Origin: an uncultured Pseudomonadales bacterium
Lineage (GTDB): Bacteria > Patescibacteriota > Microgenomatia > UBA1400 > PJMF01
Assembly: GCA_964633875.1 (NCBI GenBank)
Contig: CAZWKL010000003.1
Coordinates: 7,849-71,848 of the forward strand
DNA: 64,000 nt
Direction: 5' to 3'
Made by a program: the position numbers and the translations under genes. Shown piece by piece: positions 29,306 through 38,764 of this stretch (the first letter of the stretch is position 1; each line of letters opens with the position of its first letter). The notes beneath the pieces are model-generated. The model worked only from the letters and a program-made list of their open reading frames with translations, was not told the origin of the DNA and did no database searches.

Positions 29306-29489
29306 ACTGCTTTGATTTAGGTAAAGGTAGTTTTCGGAAAACAATTCCGATATCACTACAGAATTCCGTAAATATGGATTTTATTTTGTAATAGACAACG
29401 CAAGCCAATCTGGTAATGATTTATTTCAGGTCGTGATACTTTCCGGAAAAATCGAGCTAGGTTGTGCGGTAAAATACTACTAGATTGAT

Positions 29490-30350
29490 ATGAAAAAGAT
29501 ATTAGTAGAATCGGATTCTGTAAATGTTGCATTAGACATAATGCTATTGGTTGACCACCCAAAGTTTTTGGAACAGTTAGCAAAACTGCGGGATAAATGG
29601 AACATCAACCCTTATAAAAAAATTGAATCCTTGGGTGTGCCTGTTTCAAACTTGGCTGAGTTATATATTGACCAGCTTGTACTGGAGCACGATCCTCGTA
29701 TAACAGATCAGGATTCGGCAGACAAACTACTTCAAGAACTTCAAGAAGATATTTACTCTTTAAGAGCATTGATGGGCAGAACAAAGAACTATGACCCTTT
29801 GATTGAACAGGTATTATTTACTAACACAGCACCAGAATCAGTTTTTAAGAAATGCTATTTTGATGTAATTAAAACAGATGACGAGCATCCAGATCGTTTT
29901 GAGTATGTTATTGTACTTTCGCCAACGGCAAAGCCAGAAGATGTCCAAAAAGCCTTTAGTGATTTTCAAAATTACTATAACGAAAAATCAAAACTCGCCA
30001 ACTCTAATATCACTTTTGGCATAGATCCGTTCATCGATGACTATGTGAAGTCTCATGTTTTTGGACCATCCCATCATGACCTAGGTAAACCAATTAAAAC
30101 TCAAAAGAAGCTATTTAGAGCGAGAGAGCTTTACTGGAAAAGAAATGAGCATTTGCTCAATGACAGTCAAACACCCACACCTTACCCAGATGTGGTTGAC
30201 TGGTGGATGGGCAGATGTCCAAAAAACAACAATCATGACAATGGGGAAAAATGTGAGCACTGTGATCTTGATATAGATATTGCTCAAAAAGCAGTTACGA
30301 GCTATGAGAGACTGTTAATCCGAAGTTCCAACCCAGCATCAACTTCTTAG
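29490..30350 (+). CDS. hypothetical protein
   Basis: 286 aa; a C-terminal Cys/His cluster (CPKNNNHDNGEKCEHC) could be a small zinc-binding site; otherwise unrecognised. Confidence 0.4.
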   Translation: MKKILVESDSVNVALDIMLLVDHPKFLEQLAKLRDKWNINPYKKIESLGVPVSNLAELYIDQLVLEHDPRITDQDSADKLLQELQEDIYSLRALMGRTKNYDPLIEQVLFTNTAPESVFKKCYFDVIKTDDEHPDRFEYVIVLSPTAKPEDVQKAFSDFQNYYNEKSKLANSNITFGIDPFIDDYVKSHVFGPSHHDLGKPIKTQKKLFRARELYWKRNEHLLNDSQTPTPYPDVVDWWMGRCPKNNNHDNGEKCEHCDLDIDIAQKAVTSYERLLIRSSNPASTS

Positions 30351-30425
30351 ACCAATTTAGTTTTCCTTAATACACTACGCTTACAGATTAAAACTGTAGG
30401 CGTATTTTTTTACGCGAATATAAAT

Positions 30426-30665
30426 ATGAAAACTATTTTTGATTTAAAACTAGCATCATTTCTCAAGCTTCACTCCCCCGAAGCGTTTCAAGGTATTGAG
30501 CGTGACAAATCTGGTCGTGTAGCATTTTTATTTTCTGAAAATCAAGAATTAAGTGCCATTATTTCTAGTTACATAAAGGGAGAACAGTTCACCTTCTCAC
30601 CCCAAGAATATGGTCAACAACTGGACACCTGCAAAGGACTGATTTTTCAACAGCATGAATTGTAA
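30426..30665 (+). CDS. hypothetical small protein
   Basis: 79 aa ORF between the unknown gene and the primase-like gene. Confidence 0.3.
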   Translation: MKTIFDLKLASFLKLHSPEAFQGIERDKSGRVAFLFSENQELSAIISSYIKGEQFTFSPQEYGQQLDTCKGLIFQQHEL

Positions 30666-30680
30666 TTAAAGACTACCAAT

Positions 30681-31358
30681 ATGAATATGAAAATTAACAC
30701 ACTATCAGACCTCGATTACCCAATTCCCTTTGAAGAACAGCTAAGACTGGAAAAAGAACATAAGGCTGAACTAGCAAAGCTAGAGGCTGAAACAGACTGG
30801 TTTGAAATCATCGGTGAAGATGAATTGATCCAAGTAATAAAAGAAAAACAAATTGAGTTTAAACAAGAAATTGTTGAATACAAAAAACTTTGGGAAAAAG
30901 ATCTAGTTCGTTTGGACAAACAAGGGCTAACTGGATTTGACCGCTATTTTTATGAAACTTTGTATGGCGCAATTTACACCCCAAAAATTGAGAGTGTAGC
31001 CAATAGAGCTAAACACCTTCTAAACCTTTATCGCAAGCACCTACAAAGGCGATTGCCAAATTATTTTGATGATGATACATCCCTAACTCCAACTCGAATC
31101 GAAATGGCTAAGAAAGTTAAAATTAGCCACCTCTTTGAACAGGATGGACACAAGCTAATAAAGTCAGGTAAAAACCACAAAACGCTGTGCCCCTTTCATT
31201 CAGAACGAACCCCATCTTGCACTATTTATCTGGAATCAAACTCATTTTACTGCTTTGGCTGTTCAGCCCGTGGAGATTCTATTTCGTACATACAAAAAAC
31301 TAAGAACTTAAAGTTTCCGGATGCGGTTGGACTACTTTCGGGAGGTCTGTATGAATAA
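30681..31358 (+). CDS. CHC2 zinc-finger (DnaG-primase-type) domain protein
   Basis: CPFHSERTPSCTIYLESNSFYCFGCSARGDSISYI is the canonical primase CHC2 zinc-finger motif. Confidence 0.6.
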   Translation: MNMKINTLSDLDYPIPFEEQLRLEKEHKAELAKLEAETDWFEIIGEDELIQVIKEKQIEFKQEIVEYKKLWEKDLVRLDKQGLTGFDRYFYETLYGAIYTPKIESVANRAKHLLNLYRKHLQRRLPNYFDDDTSLTPTRIEMAKKVKISHLFEQDGHKLIKSGKNHKTLCPFHSERTPSCTIYLESNSFYCFGCSARGDSISYIQKTKNLKFPDAVGLLSGGLYE

Positions 31359-32484
31359 CCACGATGTCTTTGAACAAGCTGATTCCACCCTCAATGAATT
31401 GGGTCAGATTAAGAATACCGATGCATTGCAAGCCAATCCTAGTGTTAACAATGCAAGGCATAAGAAAACAACCTTAGAGGAAAGGTTTACATGGCTTGCA
31501 GATATTGATGATAAAGAGTCTGAGGTCAACTGGATATGGAAAGGGTTTTTGGCACCTGGACTCGTAACTCTTCTGTCAGGTAATCCTAAGGAGGGGAAAA
31601 CGACCTTTTTGGTTCATCTCTGTATGTCATTGGAAAACGGAGAAGCATTTTTGGAACAACCTATTAAACCAGTAAAGACGCTTATTATCTCTGAGGAAGG
31701 CAAAAACGGCTGGTATAGAAAAAAACTAGAAACGAAACTAAGTGGCTCAATAGTTGGCATAATTCCAAGGTACTTATATGACAAGAATCACTCTGAAAAT
31801 TGGGTTGAGGCAATTCATGAAGTTAAAGAGCTATGTCTAGGCAAGGATATTAAGTTAGTTGTTTTTGACACACTTAGCTACTTTTGGACTGTTAATGACG
31901 AAAACCAAGCATCTGCTGTACAAGCCTCACTTAAACCCCTCCACATTCTTTCAGATGCAGGGATAGCGGTTTTATTGATACATCACGATAGAAAATCTGG
32001 AGGTGGAAACATAGTTGGCACCAGAGGCTCATCTGCCCTCACTGGCTTTATAGATATAAAGATGGGTTTGAGGAAAGCATCTGGATCCCAGAGAGTACTA
32101 GAAAGTGATGGTCGATATGAAGAGACTCCAAGCAAAATAATAGTGGAGTTGGTAGAAGAAGATGGAGAAAAAAAGTTTGTAGTAATTGATAAAGATCAAG
32201 TTGGCGGAGGAACTCATCCAGAAGGTATAGAAAAAATATCCTCATATATTCCAGTTGTGCCCGAAGGAATCACTATTGGTGGAATAACAAAGAAATGGAT
32301 TGCAGATAAAAAAAGCAAACCACCACATCAGGCAACACTATCAAGGTGGCTGAACTCAGGTCTAGAGGATGGTTTAGTAGAAATTGTTGGCAAACTAGAT
32401 GTTAAGGGAAAACCTGACCTTTGGGGACGAACATCCGATACTAATGAAGAAACTGAGGAAGACGACTTCGAACCAACATCATGA
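31321..32484 (+). CDS. AAA_25/RepA-like RecA-superfamily ATPase (replication or primase-associated)
   Basis: P-loop LLSGNPKEGKTTFLVHL, then DTLSYF (Walker B-like) and LLIHHDRKSG, typical of mobile-element RepA/primase-helicase ATPases. Confidence 0.55.
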   Translation: MRLDYFREVCMNNHDVFEQADSTLNELGQIKNTDALQANPSVNNARHKKTTLEERFTWLADIDDKESEVNWIWKGFLAPGLVTLLSGNPKEGKTTFLVHLCMSLENGEAFLEQPIKPVKTLIISEEGKNGWYRKKLETKLSGSIVGIIPRYLYDKNHSENWVEAIHEVKELCLGKDIKLVVFDTLSYFWTVNDENQASAVQASLKPLHILSDAGIAVLLIHHDRKSGGGNIVGTRGSSALTGFIDIKMGLRKASGSQRVLESDGRYEETPSKIIVELVEEDGEKKFVVIDKDQVGGGTHPEGIEKISSYIPVVPEGITIGGITKKWIADKKSKPPHQATLSRWLNSGLEDGLVEIVGKLDVKGKPDLWGRTSDTNEETEEDDFEPTS

Positions 32485-32775
32485 ATAAATCAACTGATAG
32501 CCCACTAGCAGAAGGACTAAGACAATGGGTAGAACTTTGCCTCTTACAAATTGAAGAAAAGAAGCGAAAAGCTGAACAAAAAGAGCAAGTTGTTAGTGAA
32601 GAAATGGAGGCAGTTGAAGTTGAGACCTGAGGGACCTGAAATTATAATAAAAGTAAATAAAAAGGATGGATGCATCCGACTAAAGAAACATCCATCCGAT
32701 TAGAAATAAAGTAACGATTATCGCCACTTCAAAACTATTTTAGCACGAAGTTGGCGGTAATAAGAAAGGAGCAGA

Positions 32776-33264
32776 ATGAAAACTGCACTTATAGCCGCCA
32801 CCAAACGGCAACTACAATACGATCCCTGTACGAAAGTACGGGATCACTTCTCGCCATCACTATTGTTTCGATACTCCCTAGCGTATTGTGAGAAAAATTA
32901 CGATCAAGTTTTTGTGCTCTGTGTTGGTGTAGGAGGATTGCTCCACCCAGACACGCTGATTGAAGGCATTGATACGCAAATTCAAGGTCATGAAGTGACA
33001 TATAAGTACAAAAAAGACTGGCTCAGGAGTGTCGCCAACGATCTCAAAGAACACTGTCCACAAGAGTCAGAGATTCATTTTCATACGCCCAAGTGGTACT
33101 TCCAACTCATTAAGTGGCTACATCTGCCCAACCCCATTACATTCGAGCCATCAATCTACACGATCGTTGAACCACTGAAATCAATGCCAATAGGAAAACG
33201 ATTGCACTTTTATAAACAAGACTTGGGTTCAGTTCCTGCAATTAAAAAAGAGGTGTCATCATGA
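32776..33264 (+). CDS. hypothetical protein, translationally coupled to the integrase
   Basis: 162 aa; its stop overlaps the recombinase ATG by 4 nt. Confidence 0.35.
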   Translation: MKTALIAATKRQLQYDPCTKVRDHFSPSLLFRYSLAYCEKNYDQVFVLCVGVGGLLHPDTLIEGIDTQIQGHEVTYKYKKDWLRSVANDLKEHCPQESEIHFHTPKWYFQLIKWLHLPNPITFEPSIYTIVEPLKSMPIGKRLHFYKQDLGSVPAIKKEVSS

Positions 33265-34733
33265 GTGATTGCTATATTTATGTTAGGGTTAGTTCGGATG
33301 AACAAGTTAAGGGCTTCTCTATAGATAATCAAGAACGAACTTGTTTGGAGTATGCTAAATCTCAGAAATATGAAGTAAAAGAGGTGTTTACCGAAAAAGG
33401 TAAAAGTGCTCGCACCTCGAACCGTCCAGAGCTTCAAAGGTTGTTTAAAGCAATTGAGGAAGATAAACCGACAGCCGTAATCTGCATGAAAATTGATCGC
33501 ATGTTTCGCAATATCTCCGACTTTAGTAAGACCCGTAAGCATTTAAAGAAAAAAGGCGTCAAGATTCTTTCCATCAACGAAGGCGGCGATGTCACATCGG
33601 GTTTGATTGGCAATATCTTCGCTTCTGTAGCCGAATGGGAATCAGAAGTTAACTCAGATCGCACCAAAGCTGGGATGCAACAAAAATTCAGGTCTGGTAT
33701 TTATCCCGGTCTTGCTCCGCTAGGATATCGAAATGTTGAACGAAACGAAAAAAAGTTCATTGAACCCGACCCCATAACGGCACCAATCATCAAGAGAATG
33801 TTTGAGCTGTATGCCACTGGTCAGTATTCTCAGCTGGAGCTGTGCGAAATTATGTACGAAAAAGGATTAAGGGGTCGTCGGAATCACAAGCACTTTAGTC
33901 CTCAGACACTCACGGGAATTTTTAACAACCCAATTTATTACGGCTTAATGCGTTGGGGAGGTATGGAAGATTTTGGGAAGCACGAACCAATAATCAGTGA
34001 GAGTCTGTTCAACCAAGTCCAACATGTCCTTACTTGCAACAACTCCTTTCTTATTAGAAAACGAAAAACAAGTTTTGTTCTACGAGGTTTTGTATTTTGC
34101 CCCGTGCATGAGAGGCGTCTTGTAGCAGAATCTTCTGACCTGAAATCGGGTAAAACCTTCTCTTATTACCATTGTTCTAAGCCGGGTGGGTGTAAGCCTT
34201 CATATTTCCGTACAGAAAAGTTAGAGCGAAAAGTAGCCAACCTATTAAAACAGTACGAGTTTTCTGAGGAATTTATAGAACTTGTTCGCCAACACGCTAA
34301 AAGTCACTTGGACAATCTTAGAAAAGGAAAACGGGCATTAAAGCGGTCACTCCTGAACCAAAAGCGTGGTATTGAGCAGAAACGCAATAATATCGAGGAC
34401 TTAGTGGTAGAAGGCACTATTGATCGTGAGGTCTACAAGCGACAGCACATCCAACTTAAAGAAGAACTGTTAGAGATAGAAAAAAAGCTCCACGAATTAG
34501 AGAATCAGCAAACTATAGACTTTAGCGTAATTGAAGAAGTGTTAGCTATGACTCGTAACCTGCACCAATCTTATCTGGATGCACCAGACTTTTTGAAACG
34601 ACATTATCTCAGATTGTTCTTCGACAGGTTATATATTCAGGATAAGAAAATCGTAAAAATCATTGATACACCAATTTTCAGGGTATTAAAACAGGAGCAA
34701 AAAATCCTTTTAAGAGAGTCATGGGGTGTCTGA
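33261..34733 (+). CDS. large serine recombinase (integrase)
   Basis: MSDCYIYVRVSSDEQ...DNQ... is a catalytic Ser domain; downstream recombinase domain, Cys cluster (CPVHERR...YYHCSKPGGC) and coiled coil. Stop codon lies inside the tRNA-His 3' end. Confidence 0.85.
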   Translation: MSDCYIYVRVSSDEQVKGFSIDNQERTCLEYAKSQKYEVKEVFTEKGKSARTSNRPELQRLFKAIEEDKPTAVICMKIDRMFRNISDFSKTRKHLKKKGVKILSINEGGDVTSGLIGNIFASVAEWESEVNSDRTKAGMQQKFRSGIYPGLAPLGYRNVERNEKKFIEPDPITAPIIKRMFELYATGQYSQLELCEIMYEKGLRGRRNHKHFSPQTLTGIFNNPIYYGLMRWGGMEDFGKHEPIISESLFNQVQHVLTCNNSFLIRKRKTSFVLRGFVFCPVHERRLVAESSDLKSGKTFSYYHCSKPGGCKPSYFRTEKLERKVANLLKQYEFSEEFIELVRQHAKSHLDNLRKGKRALKRSLLNQKRGIEQKRNNIEDLVVEGTIDREVYKRQHIQLKEELLEIEKKLHELENQQTIDFSVIEEVLAMTRNLHQSYLDAPDFLKRHYLRLFFDRLYIQDKKIVKIIDTPIFRVLKQEQKILLRESWGV

Positions 34734-34799
34734 CGAGATTTGAACTCGCGACCTCCTCCTCCACAGGGAGGCGCTCTAACCAACTGAGCTACAGACACC
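34724..34799 (-). tRNA. tRNA-His (anticodon GTG)
   Basis: Reverse complement GGTGTCTGTAGCTCAGTTGGTTAGAGCGCCTCCCTGTGGAGGAGGAGGTCGCGAGTTCAAATCTCGTCAGACACC; anticodon loop CUGUGGA. Confidence 0.8.
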
Positions 34800-34834
34800 A
34801 AAAGGTAATGCCCGACATTATAACTCAGTAGCTG

Positions 34835-35299
34835 CTATTTTGTCACGCTGCTAAGGAGAAGCGGCAGTAATTCCTGGTCCTCCAACGGGAAGAGAACCAT
34901 CGGAATAATCATCTGAAAAGTGGTTTGCTGCAGATGTGAGGCAATGGCGGAAATGTTAATGCAGTCGGAAAGCGGCGCCGAGTCATCCAGGCCGGGAATA
35001 TTAATATCAAGAATATCTTCAGTATTGATAATGGTGGCCGAAAAATACTTCATGAAGGAAATTTTTTCCGGAGTGATTTCCAGCCAACCGCGATTGAACA
35101 CGTTCCACCAGACTATCTTGAAAATTGAAAAACCGATATAGAATCCGGCAAAAGAAAGAATGAAAAACAAATACTGTGGGATGACAACAGCTGAAAGCCA
35201 AAGATAAATACTCAAACCAATTAAATTAAAAAAAGCAAAAAAGGTAAGCAGGAGGGTTGATTTTGGTACCTGCAAATAATAACGGGTCTTTAATTCCAT
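34835..35299 (-). CDS. hypothetical membrane protein
   Basis: Three predicted TM helices in the N-terminal half; no conserved motif. Confidence 0.35.
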   Translation of the reverse strand: MELKTRYYLQVPKSTLLLTFFAFFNLIGLSIYLWLSAVVIPQYLFFILSFAGFYIGFSIFKIVWWNVFNRGWLEITPEKISFMKYFSATIINTEDILDINIPGLDDSAPLSDCINISAIASHLQQTTFQMIIPMVLFPLEDQELLPLLLSSVTK

Positions 35300-35381
35300 A
35301 GCCGAACCATCTTAGCAAAAACGAGAGATCTAGCAACGGCTAATTTTCCGCTTATATCAATTAGTTGAATGGCCTTTGTTT

Positions 35382-35729
35382 TTATTTATAAACCATATTT
35401 ATAGTCCTTTGTTGCCGATTACTTGATGTTTCTTGATCTAGGTCCTCAAGTTTCTCAAAACTATAGTAATCACTTTTTTCTTCTATACTGTCGTAGATGA
35501 AATACAATCCTTTTTGATCAAAAATTCTGAAAAACTCTCCCCACTCCAAAAATTGCAAAGTGGATGATTCGGAGATTGAGTCGGAAAAGACAAACACTAA
35601 CTCCCGTCCCAACTTCCCCTCTGCCCCATGAGTCAAAACATACGACAAGGCGGGCCTGACTCCTCTTTCAGTCGCCCAGTGCTTGATTTCCGTGTGCAAG
35701 ATCGTTCTTCTTCTGTTCATGAGTCCCAA
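35382..35729 (-). CDS. hypothetical protein
   Basis: 115 aa ORF; no motif recognised. Confidence 0.3.
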   Translation of the reverse strand: MGLMNRRRTILHTEIKHWATERGVRPALSYVLTHGAEGKLGRELVFVFSDSISESSTLQFLEWGEFFRIFDQKGLYFIYDSIEEKSDYYSFEKLEDLDQETSSNRQQRTINMVYK

Positions 35730-35823
35730 CTATAAGCGAGGATAATTAACTCAACTGCAGAAGCTTGTAAGAGAAAAATAATAGATGGAAGAATGGTGGA
35801 GGGATGGCGGAACAGTTTCTGAG

Positions 35824-35896
35824 TGCGCCAAGCAGGATTCGAACCTGCGGCCTACTGCTTAGAAGGCAGTTGCTCTATCCACTGAGCTATTGGCGC
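35824..35896 (-). tRNA. tRNA-Arg (anticodon TCT)
   Basis: Reverse complement GCGCCAATAGCTCAGTGGATAGAGCAACTGCCTTCTAAGCAGTAGGCCGCAGGTTCGAATCCTGCTTGGCGCA; anticodon loop CUUCUAA. Confidence 0.8.
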
Positions 35897-35958
35897 ACTA
35901 GCAAATACAGGTGCAATTATAACCCATGCGGGAAAAAAAGTTGAGTGAAGGCAAGAAA

Positions 35959-36234
35959 CTAAACCGCTTTTTTAACAGTCTTTTGAGCCTGCGCCACCTT
36001 TTTCTCAGCCGATTTCTTGGCTGTTTTAACGGTTTTGACCGCTGTTCGCTTGGCTTTTCGAGCAGTACTAACAGCTTTTCTTTTAGCTTTCTGAGTATTT
36101 TTCTTGGCAGCGTCTACAGCTTCTTCGGCCGCTTCTTTAGTCTTTTGGCGATTTTCTTCTTTGGAAAGAAATAACGCTGTCGCGCCTGCTGCCATACCTG
36201 CCAAAAAGGTAAAAAGTCCTTTTTTGTTGCTCAT
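35959..36234 (-). CDS. small lysine/alanine-rich protein with N-terminal hydrophobic helix
   Basis: 91 aa: N-terminal TM-like helix followed by a KA-rich low-complexity tail. Confidence 0.3.
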   Translation of the reverse strand: MSNKKGLFTFLAGMAAGATALFLSKEENRQKTKEAAEEAVDAAKKNTQKAKRKAVSTARKAKRTAVKTVKTAKKSAEKKVAQAQKTVKKAV

Positions 36235-36270
36235 TTGGTTTGATCCTTAATAATTATTACCATATTCTGC

Positions 36271-37698
36271 TTACTCGATTTCAAGCAGAGAGAGAGTGTT
36301 AGTTAGGCCCGGCTTCTTCCAAAAAGTACCGTGTACCAACAAAACTACATCTCCTGTTTCTACTATACCAAGTTCTCGCATTTTTTGCATCAACTCCCCC
36401 GAACTTTCCAGTCTGCCATCGGGTAACTTGACCACATACGGCGTAACGCCATAAACCAAACTGAGTTTTTGGTAGGTTTTTTGACTGCTAGTCAGCACAT
36501 GTATTGGCAAATGCGGACGGAATCTGGAAAGCATGCGGGCAGTGGTGCCGGTTTCAGTCAGGCAAATAATTTTATTGATTTCCAGCTTATTGTCAGGATG
36601 AGTGGAGTTTTCGATCAAAGAAATAGCAGCATGCGTAATGTAAGCGCCAGCATCAACATCTGCTACATCCAAAGGGACTGGTTCGGAAAACTGTTCATTA
36701 AACGCGGCAATAGTAGCCTGGGTTTGGACCGCTTCCACTGGATAATTGCCAATGGTGGTTTCTTCGGAAAGCATGACTGCATCGGTGCCGTCGTAAATGG
36801 CGTTGGAAACGTCGGATACTTCTGCTCTGGTGGGCCGAGGTGCGTCCACCATTGATTTGAGCATTTGCGTGGCAGTAATCACCGGCTTGCCCTTTTCTCG
36901 GGACATGCGGATGATAATTTTTTGCCAGTAAGAAAGCTCCTGGAAAGGGACTTCTACAGCCAGGTCTCCCCTAGCTACCATAATGGCTTCAGCAGCATCA
37001 AGAATTTCGTCTAAGTGATCCACGGCCGATTGATTTTCGATCTTAGCGACAATGGCAGAATTAAGCCCAAGCTCATTCAGTTTCCCCCTGAGAATTTTAA
37101 TATCTTGAGCATCGCGCACAAATGACAGGCCCACATAATCAATTTCCAGTTTGCTCTCAGCTGCTTTTTCCAGATGGACAATGTCATTTTCTATCAGTGA
37201 AGGCAGATTGACCACTACACTTGGTATGTTGAGGGTTTTTCGGTTGGAAATAGGAAAAGAGTTCAGCGCGCTGGCATAAAGTTGGCTGCTGTCTTTGTGA
37301 GTAACTATAAACTCACCCAGACCGTCGTCTATCAAAATTTTGTTACCTTCATTTAGTGAGTCGACTACAATTTGGGGAATAATAGGAGCAAGAGGGTCAT
37401 CAGAATTCTCATTTGAAGTAAAAACGACTTCTTGACCAACTTTGACTTTAAAGGTTTCTCCACCAGGAATAGCAATTCGGATTTCCGGTCCTTGCAGATC
37501 AAGCAACAAGCCGACCGAGACTCCTAATTTTTCCGCCACATTTCTGACGCGCTGCATTCTGGTGGCGTGCCATTTGGGCGTGCCGTGTTTGGTATTAAAC
37601 CTGGCCACGTTCATTCCAGCTCTAATGAGATTTTCAATAATTTCTTCAGTTTCTGTTGCTGGACCAATGGTGGCAACAATTTTGGTAAGTTTTTGCAT
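36271..37698 (-). CDS. pyk: pyruvate kinase
   Basis: MQKLTKIVATIGPAT...NVARFNTKHG... plus full PK architecture including the C-terminal regulatory domain. Start adjusted to the MQKLTKIVATIGPA Met. Confidence 0.85.
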   Translation of the reverse strand: MQKLTKIVATIGPATETEEIIENLIRAGMNVARFNTKHGTPKWHATRMQRVRNVAEKLGVSVGLLLDLQGPEIRIAIPGGETFKVKVGQEVVFTSNENSDDPLAPIIPQIVVDSLNEGNKILIDDGLGEFIVTHKDSSQLYASALNSFPISNRKTLNIPSVVVNLPSLIENDIVHLEKAAESKLEIDYVGLSFVRDAQDIKILRGKLNELGLNSAIVAKIENQSAVDHLDEILDAAEAIMVARGDLAVEVPFQELSYWQKIIIRMSREKGKPVITATQMLKSMVDAPRPTRAEVSDVSNAIYDGTDAVMLSEETTIGNYPVEAVQTQATIAAFNEQFSEPVPLDVADVDAGAYITHAAISLIENSTHPDNKLEINKIICLTETGTTARMLSRFRPHLPIHVLTSSQKTYQKLSLVYGVTPYVVKLPDGRLESSGELMQKMRELGIVETGDVVLLVHGTFWKKPGLTNTLSLLEIE

Positions 37699-37858
37699 AG
37701 CTCCCGTATTATCTCCTCTGGAGTAATTTACTTCAAGACTAATTTGTTTCAAAGCTAAATCAGCGATTTTGAAGGTTTGCTTCTTGAGAAGAATTCATAA
37801 TTGCGCTACATTGAAAATCTATATACTTGACTAGAATATTATTTATCAGAAAGGAATT

Positions 37859-38350
37859 ATGTTAGATGATCCTCAATTGGATTCAGGCGAAGATTTGGCG
37901 GCGAAAGCTTTGGAAGAGGCAGACGATAAAATGTTAACAGCGGAAGTCGAGGCGTCTGATGACTTGGCTGATACTCTGCAGTATTTGCAAAACATCATTG
38001 AGCGCAACGCCCTGGAGCTAAGCCGGCTTAAAGAGGAGATGAAGCAAAAGCGGGAAAGTCTGAAAACGGTTTTTGAAAATGACGCTCAGTTAGTAGAAGT
38101 AGCAGAAAAAGCTAAGGAAGTAGGGAGAGAAGTTAGTCAGAGGAAAACGGCCATCAATAGTAGTCCCCAAGCTACCCAATTGAGGGCTGGTATTGGTGAG
38201 CTGAGGGAACAGCAGGCGGAAATCGAGGAAACTCTCAGTAACCACTTGCTAAATTACTACACTTTGACAAATTCAACCAGTTTTGACACCAGTGATGGCG
38301 ATCAGTGGGAGTTCAATATTAAAGCTAAAGTCAAAGCGAGAAAAAAATAG
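37859..38350 (+). CDS. hypothetical acidic coiled-coil protein
   Basis: 163 aa, acidic, heptad-like; no motif recognised. Confidence 0.35.
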   Translation: MLDDPQLDSGEDLAAKALEEADDKMLTAEVEASDDLADTLQYLQNIIERNALELSRLKEEMKQKRESLKTVFENDAQLVEVAEKAKEVGREVSQRKTAINSSPQATQLRAGIGELREQQAEIEETLSNHLLNYYTLTNSTSFDTSDGDQWEFNIKAKVKARKK

Positions 38351-38376
38351 TTTTTTGAAAAACTGCGCCGCAAAAA

Positions 38377-38403
38377 AAGACCCCTTTTCCGGGGTCTTTT
38401 TAA
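38377..38403. terminator. bidirectional rho-independent terminator
   Basis: AAAAAAGACCCC-ttttcc-GGGGTCTTTTT: a perfect 6-bp GC-rich stem flanked by an A-tract and a T-tract, lying between convergent genes. Confidence 0.65.
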
Positions 38404-38418
38404 TAGTCTAACTTCGTA

Positions 38419-38673
38419 TTACTGATTGCTCAAACGTTCATGAATTCTTTGCAACGAAGCTTCAGTAACATTTTTTTGATTTTTCAGGGAGCGAGCGCGT
38501 TTTTTTAAGCGCCTCATCTCAGTTTTCTTTTGTGCTCTGATTTGAGAGGGTTTTATAAAATAACGCCGATTGCGAGTGCGCTCAACAATATTAGTATTTG
38601 AAGCTTCTTTTTTAAATTCCTTAATGACGTCATTAGTATTGTCATTAGGTCCAGCTTTTACAACAATTGGCAT
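38419..38673 (-). CDS. rpsU: probable ribosomal protein bS21
   Basis: MPIVVKAGPNDNTNDVIKEFKKE...RRYFIKPSQIRAQKK...RRLKKRAR: size, basic composition and spacing resemble bS21. Confidence 0.5.
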   Translation of the reverse strand: MPIVVKAGPNDNTNDVIKEFKKEASNTNIVERTRNRRYFIKPSQIRAQKKTEMRRLKKRARSLKNQKNVTEASLQRIHERLSNQ

Positions 38674-38764
38674 TTATTCCACCCCCTTTCCCGATTCTTT
38701 AATTTACTATTATTTTGGTAGATATCTGAACCGGTATTATAGCACACCTGGTGTTTTAGGAAAT

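Larger units (their letters stand above)
29310..34799. mobile_element. putative integrative element (primase/AAA_25 replication module plus serine integrase) inserted at tRNA-His; left boundary uncertain and could extend to about 18.9 kb
   Basis: Gene content (CHC2 primase, AAA_25, integrase) and integrase/tRNA overlap; AT-richer than the core. The left boundary was not verified. Confidence 0.4.
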
